Shown: positions 38,370-47,966, counted from the first letter of the stretch. The stretch is DNA of 64,000 nt from Parcubacteria group bacterium (GCA_016186395.1 JACPLU010000002.1:11470-75469), one strand, 5' to 3'. Made by a program: numbers and translations. Notes: generated by a model from the sequence alone, not told the origin.

Positions 38370-38586
38370 GGTCTGTCAACTGAAGTAAAAAAGAATCTTT
38401 ATCACTAAAAGTGTTTTTTACTTTCTCTTGGCTAGATTGTAATATTTTTTTTATAAAACTGGGTTTATATTGCCCTTCTTTGTCTTTACCAGCCATTCCA
38501 ATAACAAGAGAACGAAGATTTTGTATTTCTTTTTGAAGATTTTGTATTTGATTATTTAACCTAGGAATTGTTATCATTTGAGGCAT
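38362..38586 (-). CDS. Putative antitoxin partner of the RelE/ParE toxin
   Basis: 74-aa ORF overlapping the toxin start by 8 nt. Confidence 0.4.
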   Translation of the reverse strand: MPQMITIPRLNNQIQNLQKEIQNLRSLVIGMAGKDKEGQYKPSFIKKILQSSQEKVKNTFSDKDSFLLQLTDHD

Positions 38587-38856
38587 TGTTTAGAACTATA
38601 GCATATTACACTATTAAATCAACCATTACCCACGCATTAAAATCCCACGCTTTAACATATAGACTAGAGCAAAACTAAATAAAGGCATCATAAACCTCTG
38701 TTACTATGGCTAAATTTAAACAACTACTATCGACACCCGATGTTGATAGTAGTTGTAAAGGAATAACGAAAATTTGAAGAATGCCCCCAAAGCTGATAAA
38801 TTACTATTGGAAGCGTGCCAGAGAGGTTGAACGGGCCGCACTCGTCCCGAATAAGG

Positions 38857-38941
38857 CGGAGGGGTGGCCGAGTGGTTTAAGGCAACGGTTTCGAAAACCG
38901 TGTCCCTCTGGGGACTCGTGAGTTCGAATCTCACCCCCTCC
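38857..38941 (+). tRNA. tRNA-Ser (anticodon CGA), type II
   Basis: GGAGGGGTGGCCGAGTGGTTTAAGGCAACGGTTTCGAAAACCGTGTCCCTCTGGGGACTCGTGAGTTCGAATCTCACCCCCTCCG; anticodon loop TTCGAAA; long variable arm. Confidence 0.8.
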
Positions 38942-38957
38942 GCCTTGAACGGGATTA

Positions 38958-38999
38958 CGATTTGTAGCCGAAATTGTTATTTTAATTTCGGCTACAAAT
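38958..38999. repeat. Perfect 17-bp-stem hairpin immediately 3' of tRNA-Ser
   Basis: gatttgtagccgaaatt-gttatttt-aatttcggctacaaatc; no U-tract on either strand. Confidence 0.5.
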
Positions 39000-39007
39000 C
39001 TAAAAAA

Positions 39008-39053
39008 CCAGCGGGCGCAAGCCCTTGAAGGTTCAAGTCCTTCACCCACCGCC
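39008..39053 (+). other. Orphan tRNA 3'-end-like fragment (T-arm + acceptor 3' strand + encoded CCA) with no matching 5' half
   Basis: GAAGGTTCAAGTCCTTC ACCCACC G CCA; no GGTGGGT partner found upstream. Confidence 0.35.
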
Positions 39054-39110
39054 AGTTAAGAGTTGTTTCACTAAAATAATTACACCAAAATATAAAATCC
39101 GAGTTATTCA

Positions 39111-39440
39111 CTATCTGCGAATGGCAAGAGCAAAATGATCAAAATACCGTTCCAAATCAGAAAGAGAACTGCCATATTCTTTTCCACCATAAACAGCGTC
39201 GCAAAACACTTCCCGCGCTCGCCCGATTTCTTTTAAACGGCCACGCCAACGCAAGTCGGATAAGGTTAGATCAAAAAGTTCAAGCGCCCGGTCAATTGCA
39301 TTCTGGAAACGCTGTTCATCCTTACTTTGCGCCCGACGAGCACGACTTACTTCGCTCCCAATATTCCCAAGCTGTTCAAAAAGCGTGAATGTATACCACC
39401 GGCCTGCGGCAAGTTCTTTATGTAAAAATAGTCCATTCAT
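39111..39440 (-). CDS. Hypothetical protein
   Basis: 109-aa ORF with 4-nt overlap (ATGA) to the upstream gene; possible all-alpha NTP-pyrophosphohydrolase-like fold, not supportable from sequence alone. Confidence 0.25.
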   Translation of the reverse strand: MNGLFLHKELAAGRWYTFTLFEQLGNIGSEVSRARRAQSKDEQRFQNAIDRALELFDLTLSDLRWRGRLKEIGRAREVFCDAVYGGKEYGSSLSDLERYFDHFALAIRR

Positions 39441-39790
39441 ATCACAAGCTTTTTGATTATGGTTATCACTTTTTCGCGAATCTTTGAATCGTCAATCCCT
39501 CGAGAACGATTTCCAAAAGCTGGTTTGAGATTAACCATAGAGTCAAATTCAATAAAATCATCACCGGAATTATCGGGATAAATATTAACACCCCACACAT
39601 TTTCTTGCTTTGACCCTTCCTGCTCTATAAGCAAGACTTCTTCATCGACATGAAGTTCGCCACCTACGGCTATAATTTCTTGGTCAATATCCACTGCTGC
39701 CTTCACTAAATCGCCAAAACGTTCTTCGGCAATACTTTTCAGTTCGGATTTTAATATCGGTTTTTTAATAATTCGCATTTCCATATTCAT
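39437..39790 (-). CDS. Hypothetical protein
   Basis: 117-aa ORF translationally coupled to the downstream gene. Confidence 0.25.
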   Translation of the reverse strand: MNMEMRIIKKPILKSELKSIAEERFGDLVKAAVDIDQEIIAVGGELHVDEEVLLIEQEGSKQENVWGVNIYPDNSGDDFIEFDSMVNLKPAFGNRSRGIDDSKIREKVITIIKKLVI

Positions 39791-39914
39791 TATCTTACCA
39801 TGTAAAATTAAGATTACCAGTTATACACTGGCAATCTTAATTCGTAGTTAATACTCTAAACTTCTCCAAAGAATAGACTCCCATACTAATAGAGTATATA
39901 ATGGAATTAATCTA

Positions 39915-40514
39915 ATGAATTTTGCAGAAAATCAAAATCAAGAAAGAGAAACTTACTTTAACGAACTTGAGAATGCAACAAAGAATCAAGTGGATTTAGT
40001 TTCCGACGAACTTCAAATTGAAACAGCTGAAACAAGAAACGAACACCTCGACTCGCTTTTCGTTGAATGGTTGGCACCATCAATTCACCACCATCACGTT
40101 GACCATAGATGGCGAGCCACGGTAATTATAATATTGCTTGGCATGGCCGGTTTATCTATATTTTGGCAACAAAGTTTTTTGGGTGCAATTATGTTTATAG
40201 GCATTGCGTTAGTTGCCTCAATGCATTTTCACCAAGAGCCTGAACACATGAATGTCGGCATTCATCCGGCTGGGGTTAGCATAAACGACCATACTTTCTC
40301 TTATCAAAACATTGAATCTTTCTGGGTTCGATACGAGCCCGGACATATCAAAGAACTTAGTTTAAGATGTAAAAATCTTCTGCATCAGCATGTTAAAATA
40401 CCCTTAGGAGACGAGGACCCTAACAAAATTAGGGCTCAACTTGCAAAATACATACCTGAAGAAATCCATGAAGAAACATTTTCAGATTTTTTAGGAAGGA
40501 AATTAGGCCTATAG
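39915..40514 (+). CDS. Hypothetical membrane protein
   Basis: Two central hydrophobic helices (VIIILLGMAGLSIFW; AIMFIGIALVASM). Confidence 0.3.
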   Translation: MNFAENQNQERETYFNELENATKNQVDLVSDELQIETAETRNEHLDSLFVEWLAPSIHHHHVDHRWRATVIIILLGMAGLSIFWQQSFLGAIMFIGIALVASMHFHQEPEHMNVGIHPAGVSINDHTFSYQNIESFWVRYEPGHIKELSLRCKNLLHQHVKIPLGDEDPNKIRAQLAKYIPEEIHEETFSDFLGRKLGL

Positions 40515-40520
40515 AAGTCT

Positions 40521-40675
40521 GGTGAATAATACTCTTTCTCTTTCTTCACAAACCCCAGCGTGGTTTGCTCAGAGATTGAACCCTTCGCTCTTCCTCTATA
40601 TGATTTAAAATCAGATAAAGGAAACCATGCCCGCTTCGGGTTCAAAACCCGTTCAAGAGCACTATTCACTAGACT
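40521..40675 (+). repeat. Intergenic modular repeat family A, copy 2
   Basis: ggtgaataatactctttctctttcttcacaaaccccagcgtggtttgctcag ... ccatgcccgcttcgggttcaaaacccgttcaagagcactattcac. Confidence 0.7.
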
Positions 40676-40739
40676 TTAAGGGTTTAACTTCTTAAATAAT
40701 GATTTTTGTGATAAGCAATTCTTAAAAGAGTTGTTTTTT

Positions 40740-40813
40740 GTCCCCGTAGCTCAGTTGGATAGAGCGTGGGTTTGCGGAACCCAAGGCCGCGTGTTCGAAT
40801 CACGCCGGGGACA
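40740..40813 (+). tRNA. tRNA-Arg (anticodon GCG as read from loop TTGCGGA)
   Basis: GTCCCCGTAGCTCAGTTGGATAGAGCGTGGGTTTGCGGAACCCAAGGCCGCGTGTTCGAATCACGCCGGGGACA; acceptor and D-arm nearly identical to the tRNA-Arg at 8377-8450. Confidence 0.7.
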
Positions 40814-40883
40814 CTAATCAAAATCCTGCCAAATGGCGGGGTTTTGATTGCTGAAATTAAATTTCTAGGATACTCTTGAATTC

Positions 40884-43097
40884 ATGTGGAACCCAGAGAC
40901 TCAAATTACAGAGCTTAAATATATTGGAACCGCATACGTAAAAAAATTAAATAGACTCGGCATTGAAACCGTAAAAGATTTGCTATGGCATTTCCCAATG
41001 CGTTATGAGGACTTTAGTGAATACTCCCCTATCGCAGAGATTAAACAAGGACAAAAAGTTTCGATTTTAGGAAAAATAGTCAGCATAAAAAATCAAAGAA
41101 CATGGAAACATAGATTAATTTTAACTAACGCAGAAATTGAAGATGAAACTGGGGTTATAAAGACTATTTGGTACAACCAACCGTTTTTGATTAAAACCCT
41201 TAAAGAAGGTTTGAATATCAGTTTATCGGGTAACGTAAAGTTGGATAAATATGGACTTTACCTACAAAATCCAAGCTATGAAATAATCTCCCAAATATCT
41301 CAAGATTCAAGCTTCCCCAGGCCGTACGCCAACGGCGGGGCAGACAAGATCCAAGTTTCAAGACTAAAACATACCGGGCGGCTAGTGCCAATTTATCCTG
41401 AAACAGAAAGACTTTCATCCCGCTACTTGAGATTTCTTATCAAACCACTGCTTAATAAAATTGGTCCGATTCCTGAATGGTTACCGAGTTTGATTTTAAA
41501 AAAACACAATCTGCCGGCTATTAGAAAAGCTTTAGTGCAAATACATTTTCCAAACTCGGAAGAAGAAACTAAATCTGCTAAAAAAAGGTTTGCTTTTGAA
41601 GAACTGTTCTTATTCCAACTAAAAGCATTACAAGAAAGAAAAAGATTAAAAACTTCTTCTGCATCTATAATATCTTTTAACAAACAACTGATAAAAGAGT
41701 TTGTTGGATCTTTGCCGTATAAATTAACCAACGCTCAAAGAATAGCTTTATGGGAAATCATCCAAGACCTAAATAAACCACATCCAATGAACCGCTTGTT
41801 AAACGGAGATGTAGGCTCTGGTAAAACTATTGTAGCAGCGGCGGCGGCATTGGAAGTGGCAAAAACAAATTATCAAGTTGCCTATCTGGCACCGACAGAA
41901 ATCTTAAGTCACCAACACTTTATTACCTTTAAAAACGTCTTAAAGAATTTTAACTTGACTTTGGCCGTAGTGACTGGTTCTGGAGCCAAAGTCTTTGAAG
42001 ATGGGTTAGAGTATGAAATCAAAAAACCAAGACTAATAGAAAGACTGGCAAAAGGGGAAATTCATATTGTTATAGGAACACATGCCTTAATTCAAAAAAG
42101 TATAAACTTCAAAGACCTGGCCTTGGTTATAATAGATGAACAACATCGATTCGGCGTCAAACAACGCGCCGAACTCTTAAAAAAGGGGTACGAAAATCGT
42201 ATCCCCCATCTTCTATCCATGACAGCTACACCTATCCCAAGAACCTTGGCTTTGGCTTTGTATGGCGACCTGGACTTATCCGTCCTAAATGAAATGCCAA
42301 AAGGCAGACAAAAAATAAAGACAGAGCTTGTAGGAATCAATCAACGAGAAAAAGCCTATGAATTTATCAGAAACCATATAAAAATAGGAAGACAAGTGTT
42401 TGTAATATGCCCCAGAATCGATGTAAAACGCATCGATTCTAACAATCAACAACCGACTATCAACTATCAATCCAAACCCCTAAGACAGCTTTCGTTAAAA
42501 GAATCGGAGACTTTAGAAAAAAAGGCGGTGGTAACAGAATATGAAAAGCTTTCCAAAAATATATTTCCGGACTTAAAAGTTGCCATGCTTCATGGAAAAA
42601 TGCGACCCAAGGAAAAAGGAACGATTATGCAACAATTCAAAAATAAAGAATTTGATATTTTAGTTGCAACATCCGTCATTGAAGTTGGCATAGATATTCC
42701 TAATGCTACAGTTATGGCGATTGAGGGGGCAGAGTATTTTGGCTTAGCCCAATTACATCAATTTAGAGGCCGAGTTGGCCGAGGTGAATACCAATCACAC
42801 TGCCTACTTTTTATTGAATCGCCAATGGTTGCTACAACAAGACGGCTATCCGCACTTTTAAAATATGATGACGGCTTTAGATTGGCGGAGATGGACTTAA
42901 AAATCCGTGGCCCCGGAGAATTCTTAGGTTCGGAACAATCAGGAATACCAGATTTAGTTATGAGTTCGTTAACTGATCTTGAGTTAATTAAAAAAACCCG
43001 CAATGAAGCTAAGTTAATATTAGAGAGTGGAATAGAAAAGTACCCCAGAATTGAACAAAAATTAACAGAATTCTCTCAAACAATACATTTAGAATGA
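40884..43097 (+). CDS. recG: ATP-dependent DNA helicase RecG
   Basis: Walker A LLNGDVGSGKT, DEQHRFGV (DEQH box), N-terminal OB/wedge region, TRG-like C-terminus. Confidence 0.8.
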   Translation: MWNPETQITELKYIGTAYVKKLNRLGIETVKDLLWHFPMRYEDFSEYSPIAEIKQGQKVSILGKIVSIKNQRTWKHRLILTNAEIEDETGVIKTIWYNQPFLIKTLKEGLNISLSGNVKLDKYGLYLQNPSYEIISQISQDSSFPRPYANGGADKIQVSRLKHTGRLVPIYPETERLSSRYLRFLIKPLLNKIGPIPEWLPSLILKKHNLPAIRKALVQIHFPNSEEETKSAKKRFAFEELFLFQLKALQERKRLKTSSASIISFNKQLIKEFVGSLPYKLTNAQRIALWEIIQDLNKPHPMNRLLNGDVGSGKTIVAAAAALEVAKTNYQVAYLAPTEILSHQHFITFKNVLKNFNLTLAVVTGSGAKVFEDGLEYEIKKPRLIERLAKGEIHIVIGTHALIQKSINFKDLALVIIDEQHRFGVKQRAELLKKGYENRIPHLLSMTATPIPRTLALALYGDLDLSVLNEMPKGRQKIKTELVGINQREKAYEFIRNHIKIGRQVFVICPRIDVKRIDSNNQQPTINYQSKPLRQLSLKESETLEKKAVVTEYEKLSKNIFPDLKVAMLHGKMRPKEKGTIMQQFKNKEFDILVATSVIEVGIDIPNATVMAIEGAEYFGLAQLHQFRGRVGRGEYQSHCLLFIESPMVATTRRLSALLKYDDGFRLAEMDLKIRGPGEFLGSEQSGIPDLVMSSLTDLELIKKTRNEAKLILESGIEKYPRIEQKLTEFSQTIHLE

Positions 43098-43110
43098 TGA
43101 AAACGAGTTT

Positions 43111-43326
43111 GGCGAATAACACTCTTTCTCTTCCTTCGCAAACCCCAGGACTTCGACTGAGCTCAGTCGAATGCCCGTGGTTTGCTCAGGGGTTGAGCCC
43201 TTGCGCCACCGCTGAAGCTAAGGCGGCACGCGGTCGCTCTTACCCCCACCTGATTTAACGATCAGATGGGGGTAAACCATGCCCGCTATGGGCTCAAAAC
43301 CCGTTCAAGAGTATTATTCGCCAAGC
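43111..43326 (+). repeat. Intergenic modular repeat family A, copy 3 (with extra internal hairpin module)
   Basis: ggcgaataacactctttctcttccttcgcaaaccccagg-acttcgactgagctcagtcg... ccatgcccgctatgggctcaaaacccgttcaagagtattattcgcc. Confidence 0.7.
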
Positions 43327-43359
43327 TCAAAACACGACTTCAAATTATTTCCTCCTTTC

Positions 43360-44934
43360 TTAGCTGGTTTTTGAATTACTTCTAATTTTCGGCGTCACCC
43401 AGAAACCCATATATTTTCCAAACATTAAACGGGTCTGGGCATCAAAACCCGGAAGAGCACCTAATAAAATCATGGTTACAGGCATTAAAATCCACTGTAA
43501 AACCATTATTAAATATCTAAACCTTCCATATTGTGGAGGACGAGGCGGTAAGATAATTATTGATAAAACAGCCGACGATATAACCCCAACCATTGCCGCA
43601 GTCATGATATACCTGGTAATCAACGGGAGATTTAAAGAAAGAACCGTTTGATTAAAAATAGGTCCGCCAACAACCACTGGGAGCCATCCTAATATAAATA
43701 CTATCAAGGCATTGGTAGACCAAGACCAAAATCCCTCAACCATAAAAAATCCGTGTTCCAATTTTTTTCCAAAAGGTATTTTTTTATTTTTTATAAACCC
43801 ATAAAAAAGGTAGGGTATATTTTCTACTCCCCAACCCCAGCGACGCTGTTGCTTATAAACATTGACCATGGTCCCCCAAAAAGAATGGGCCACATTTGCG
43901 TCCATAGAAACCGGGTAGTTTAAAGGAACCACCCTATAATTTCCGTCGTATCTTAGAAAACATTGAAAGAAAATTCTTGAATCTTCAGAAACCATATTTC
44001 TTTGCCAGAAATTAACGTCAACTAAAGCTTGAAAGGGCATAGAGTGGCTTGAAAAAGTCCGCAACCTTTCTTCTCTAGCCTGTTGAATTGTATGCCAAAA
44101 AGTTGCTGAAAAAGCCACCACTCTGGCAGGAGAAGGTGCTTCCCAAATATTATTTGTATAAAAAGGCACTGGTTGATAAGAAGCTCTTAAAGGATCCGAT
44201 GCAGTCAAAAAAACATAAGTGAGTCTGGCAAAATATTGAGAGGAAACTATTGTATCGATATCCAAGGCCGAAACAAGTATATTTCTATAATCAATACTGC
44301 TGGCGTCAATCAATTCTTTTGCCTTTTGTCCGGCCCATGCAATATTAGAACCCTTGCCTGCGATTTCCTTTTCCAACCCTACCGGATGAACGGTTAACAG
44401 AAAACGAAAGAACCTATCTTTATAGTCCCGCTCAATTTGTCGACCGATTTTTATTGCTTCAGGACCAGCTTTTTCTTCTGCGGCAAGAACTAATATAATT
44501 TTTTCTTTCGGATATTCTGATTTCAATAAACTCTCAACTGTGTTTTGAACAACAAAGTAATCTTCTTTATAAAAAGGTAAAAAAATTAAATGATATATAT
44601 CTTGCCAGTTCTTAGTCAATCCGTTTGTTATAATAAAATGAGGGCCCTGAATTTTTTCCAACCAGTTAATTTTAAGATTCCTCTGCATCTGATTAAAAGC
44701 TACTCTCAAATGAAGTGATAAATATATGGTTTTAATAAACCAGTAAACATCAAAGGCGATAATAAAAAAGGCCATGAAAACAGGCCACAGAAATGACCCT
44801 AGGATAATAAAAATAATAGTTCCCCAAGCCAAAACACCCGGCATGATCTCTAAAATTCTATAGAGATACTTGCCCTCTTGTGGCTTAACTTCTTTAGCAT
44901 TACCAATATGAATGTAGTAAGGTAGATTTTCCAT
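43360..44934 (-). CDS. Processive family-2 glycosyltransferase (cellulose/chitin-synthase-like), multi-TM
   Basis: QQRRWGWG (QxxRW), ALDIDT Asp-containing motif, several TM helices at both ends. Confidence 0.55.
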   Translation of the reverse strand: MENLPYYIHIGNAKEVKPQEGKYLYRILEIMPGVLAWGTIIFIILGSFLWPVFMAFFIIAFDVYWFIKTIYLSLHLRVAFNQMQRNLKINWLEKIQGPHFIITNGLTKNWQDIYHLIFLPFYKEDYFVVQNTVESLLKSEYPKEKIILVLAAEEKAGPEAIKIGRQIERDYKDRFFRFLLTVHPVGLEKEIAGKGSNIAWAGQKAKELIDASSIDYRNILVSALDIDTIVSSQYFARLTYVFLTASDPLRASYQPVPFYTNNIWEAPSPARVVAFSATFWHTIQQAREERLRTFSSHSMPFQALVDVNFWQRNMVSEDSRIFFQCFLRYDGNYRVVPLNYPVSMDANVAHSFWGTMVNVYKQQRRWGWGVENIPYLFYGFIKNKKIPFGKKLEHGFFMVEGFWSWSTNALIVFILGWLPVVVGGPIFNQTVLSLNLPLITRYIMTAAMVGVISSAVLSIIILPPRPPQYGRFRYLIMVLQWILMPVTMILLGALPGFDAQTRLMFGKYMGFWVTPKIRSNSKTS

Positions 44935-44952
44935 GTTTTACTATTTTAACTT

Positions 44953-45015
44953 TGTAAATAATACTCTTTCTCTTTCTTCGCAAACCCCAGCGTTCAAGAG
45001 TATTATTCGCCAAAC
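44953..45015 (+). repeat. Intergenic modular repeat family A, copy 4 (minimal: the two termini joined)
   Basis: tgtaaataatactctttctctttcttcgcaaaccccagcg|ttcaagagtattattcgcc. Confidence 0.65.
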
Positions 45016-45066
45016 TCCTGTTTTATCATACATTAAGCCGCAAAAAAAGCCCGTATGTATGGGCCA

Positions 45067-45354
45067 TTATTTAATTGTGTGTTCATGCTTTAGATCAAAC
45101 TTATCGCGAAGTGCTGGAAAATCTTCAGGTTTTATTCCAATCTTTGCTCCATTAAAACTTGCCAACCTGTCTGGATTATCTAAAAGTTTTTTATCATTAG
45201 GAAAATGATCCCCCTTTGATTTTCCTGGCCTCAAATTTTTAGCACGGTCTGAAAAAATTTCAGCAAGACCCTTTTTAACAACCTGCCTTTGATCCCAACG
45301 AGAAATTAGTCTTCCGTTATTATGCAAAACTACCCTAACTTTTTGCTGTTCCAT
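45067..45354 (-). CDS. Small hypothetical protein (paralog pair member)
   Basis: N-terminal KVRVVLHNNGRLISRWDQRQVVKKGL parallels the neighbour's KIRVGFRNSNGDLIFRSKDQRGVEKGL. Confidence 0.3.
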   Translation of the reverse strand: MEQQKVRVVLHNNGRLISRWDQRQVVKKGLAEIFSDRAKNLRPGKSKGDHFPNDKKLLDNPDRLASFNGAKIGIKPEDFPALRDKFDLKHEHTIK

Positions 45355-45364
45355 TCTCTCCTCC

Positions 45365-45664
45365 CTATAATTCTACGACATCAAATATTTTATATAAATC
45401 GCCGATCTTTTTTGAAGGTATCTTTAACCCGCCATCACCATTGCCACCCTTAAACTTAGAAAATTGTTCTTTATCTGATCCGCCGAGTACATTTCTATAG
45501 ACTTTTCTTTCGGATTTATCGGATATTGGCACCGAAGGAATGTCTATTGGCCCACCTACTATATGATCCAAACCTTTTTCTACTCCTCTTTGGTCCTTAG
45601 AACGAAAAATAAGATCGCCATTGCTATTACGAAAACCTACCCTTATTTTGTCGTTAGTGGACAT
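45365..45664 (-). CDS. Small hypothetical protein (paralog pair member)
   Basis: See preceding; the two are tandem and separated by 10 nt. Confidence 0.3.
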   Translation of the reverse strand: MSTNDKIRVGFRNSNGDLIFRSKDQRGVEKGLDHIVGGPIDIPSVPISDKSERKVYRNVLGGSDKEQFSKFKGGNGDGGLKIPSKKIGDLYKIFDVVEL

Positions 45665-45690
45665 TTTATTCTCCTTAAATTTTAAATATA

Positions 45691-46659
45691 CTATGTAGAA
45701 CGTTTGTTTAGCATAACCAATAATAATGCCTCGGTCAAATTAACTCCTCCTTTAATTTGTTGCTCTAATTTCGGCAACGAATTCAAAAAGTAACTAGCTT
45801 TATCAACTATTTCTCTATCGGAATAGTTACCTAACTTTCTTACCACAAAAGGATGAAGACCGGTTTTTTTAACTATTTCATTGGGTCTAACCTTATTCCT
45901 CAAACACTCCTGAACCATTAATAGTGCTTTTAACTGATAAGACAAAAGTCCAAGGAAACGTACAGGATCACCGTTTTCTTTAATATATTGATCCAATTTA
46001 AGTAATCCGCCGGCTAGTCGTCCAAACACAAAATCTTCAACCATAGCAAAATCATTAGAAGGATTCGCTTTCTCAATCAAGGTTTCCAGACCTGCCAAGT
46101 CAAGTTTATGCCGTAAACCCAATTGATAAAATTTTAATTTTAATATTTCGTTTGTTAATCTTTCCAAATCCGGACCGATCTGAAATAAATAATCTGCTAA
46201 ACGAGAATCAAAATTAATACCCGCTTCTGTTAATTGACTTTTAATCCATTTTTTTAAAGCCTGGTTGGTTAAAATATTGAACTCTTTGGTAGATTTAGAG
46301 TTAGATTCTAAATATTGGAAAAGGTTTTTGTTAACTTTCTTCAGCTCTTCGCCAGAAACATACTCATTTATGACAACAACTCTAGATGAATCACTCAAAA
46401 TGTCACCATTCTTAAAAAGAGATAAAAAGCTTTCTGCTAAAATCTTCTTGGAAAAACTGCCGTTAAGAATAACTAATTTATGATCGTCAAAAAGCGAAAT
46501 TGAATTAATTAAATTTACAAAATCATCAAATTCTCTATCTTCAGCGTCAAATCTAGTAACATCTAAACGATTCGGGTATTTGTTAGAATAAATATCCAAA
46601 AGATTAGAAGTATATTTTCTTACCCTATATCTATCCTGACCGTAAATAAAGATAATCAA
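45691..46659 (-). CDS. holA: DNA polymerase III delta subunit
   Basis: N-terminal MIIFIYGQDRYRVRK... typical of HolA; 322 aa. Confidence 0.6.
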   Translation of the reverse strand: MIIFIYGQDRYRVRKYTSNLLDIYSNKYPNRLDVTRFDAEDREFDDFVNLINSISLFDDHKLVILNGSFSKKILAESFLSLFKNGDILSDSSRVVVINEYVSGEELKKVNKNLFQYLESNSKSTKEFNILTNQALKKWIKSQLTEAGINFDSRLADYLFQIGPDLERLTNEILKLKFYQLGLRHKLDLAGLETLIEKANPSNDFAMVEDFVFGRLAGGLLKLDQYIKENGDPVRFLGLLSYQLKALLMVQECLRNKVRPNEIVKKTGLHPFVVRKLGNYSDREIVDKASYFLNSLPKLEQQIKGGVNLTEALLLVMLNKRST

Positions 46660-46759
46660 GGTTATAACTAAGACTCCTCCCGTTATAGGTCTGATTCACA
46701 GACTTGAATCAGCTAGAAATCAACAGATTTTTTACCTCTAACGGGACGAATCTTAAAAA

Positions 46760-47803
46760 TTAAAATATAATTTCAATCCATATTTTACCGGGGTTAAATT
46801 CGAATGGAATGTTATCCAGCGTTAAAAGTTCTAATGGACTTTTAATATCTCCGGCTTTTTTAACCCATTTTCCAGGAAAACTTTGACCATTCTTATAAAA
46901 AGTAGCAACCCCCTCCCCTGTAATATTAACATCAATATAGTCTATATTTATTGGTGACCAGGTCGTTTTCATTACAACAATATTATCAAATTCAACTTGT
47001 TTATTATTGTTTTTATCAATCTCGGGGGTACTGCCCCGAAATCTTCTATAAACTCTTGTTGCTGAATCATAGGACCAAAAAACTTTAAATGGCCCAGCAT
47101 AATCTATGTTAATATTGGAACTAAAATCATTTGACACAGTTGGAGAAATAAATGGCTCAACCTTTTCACGAAAAAAGCTACTGGCCGTATCGTCTAACGA
47201 AATTTGGTTATCATACTTCAACCCATCAATTGCTTGAGCTAATAATTTAGGATTCGTAAAGCCATTGTGAGGTTTTGGGATATCTGATTTTCTGAAAAAA
47301 TAACTTTCTTCATATTTCAAAGCATCAATGTTGTCTAAAACTCCTTTATTTAACTGCTCTAACGCACCACCTTCTCCCCCCCAATGAACATAAATTGAAT
47401 CTATCGCGCCGACCAAGTCAATAAATGCCTTTCTAGCTGAACGAACTGAACCGATTTCATCTGGAATAACACACCTAAAAACGGCCATTATTCTAGTGAC
47501 TCCATCCTGATTTACTGGCATTTCAAAGACTAAATCCGCTTGACTTAATCCTGACAAAGGCCTGGCGACCGGATCCGATGCCAACATGACAGCAACAGGT
47601 CTTTGAGAAGCACTGCATGAATACTGGGTAACCAAATTTTTCTTAACTCCATAAATCTCAAAGACGCGTGAATTGAATTTAAAAGTCAATAAAATTATAA
47701 TCAAAATTAAAGTACCAAAAAAATATTGTTTACCCCATTTCTTTCTCCAAACATCCTGTAAAAAGATATAAAATTTGTTTAATATTTTAAATGTAGTTTT
47801 CAT
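46760..47803 (-). CDS. DUF3048-family (YerB-like) secreted/lipoprotein
   Basis: RPVAVMLASDPVARPLSGLSQADLVFEMPV matches the DUF3048 N-terminal signature; N-terminal TM. Confidence 0.5.
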   Translation of the reverse strand: MKTTFKILNKFYIFLQDVWRKKWGKQYFFGTLILIIILLTFKFNSRVFEIYGVKKNLVTQYSCSASQRPVAVMLASDPVARPLSGLSQADLVFEMPVNQDGVTRIMAVFRCVIPDEIGSVRSARKAFIDLVGAIDSIYVHWGGEGGALEQLNKGVLDNIDALKYEESYFFRKSDIPKPHNGFTNPKLLAQAIDGLKYDNQISLDDTASSFFREKVEPFISPTVSNDFSSNINIDYAGPFKVFWSYDSATRVYRRFRGSTPEIDKNNNKQVEFDNIVVMKTTWSPINIDYIDVNITGEGVATFYKNGQSFPGKWVKKAGDIKSPLELLTLDNIPFEFNPGKIWIEIIF

Positions 47804-47966
47804 AGAAATCCACGGGCTTACCTTGCTTCGCCGAGGCTACGCAAGGTGAGCGCCCGTGGTACTCGGACGAGTACAATTTCAGCAAAAATACATTGATGAT
47901 TTTTGCTGAAATTGGATTTATATATTTACCCTTCGTTCGTCGAGTCAAACTCGACTCACTTCAAGG

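Noticed and set aside
39008-39053. A complete tRNA gene ending in CCA
   Set aside because: Only the T-arm and acceptor 3' strand are present. No complementary 5' acceptor strand (GGTGGGT) or anticodon arm was found within 300 nt on either strand, so it is reported as a fragment
40436-40669. 77-aa minus-strand ORF (and the N-terminus of ORF 36045..36599, and ORF 56180..56407)
   Set aside because: They translate conserved intergenic repeats. The same peptide TLGFAKKEKEYYS appears in two places because the repeat is present in both, and 56180..56407 starts with MSKYVKDMSKM from the ATGTCAAA repeats
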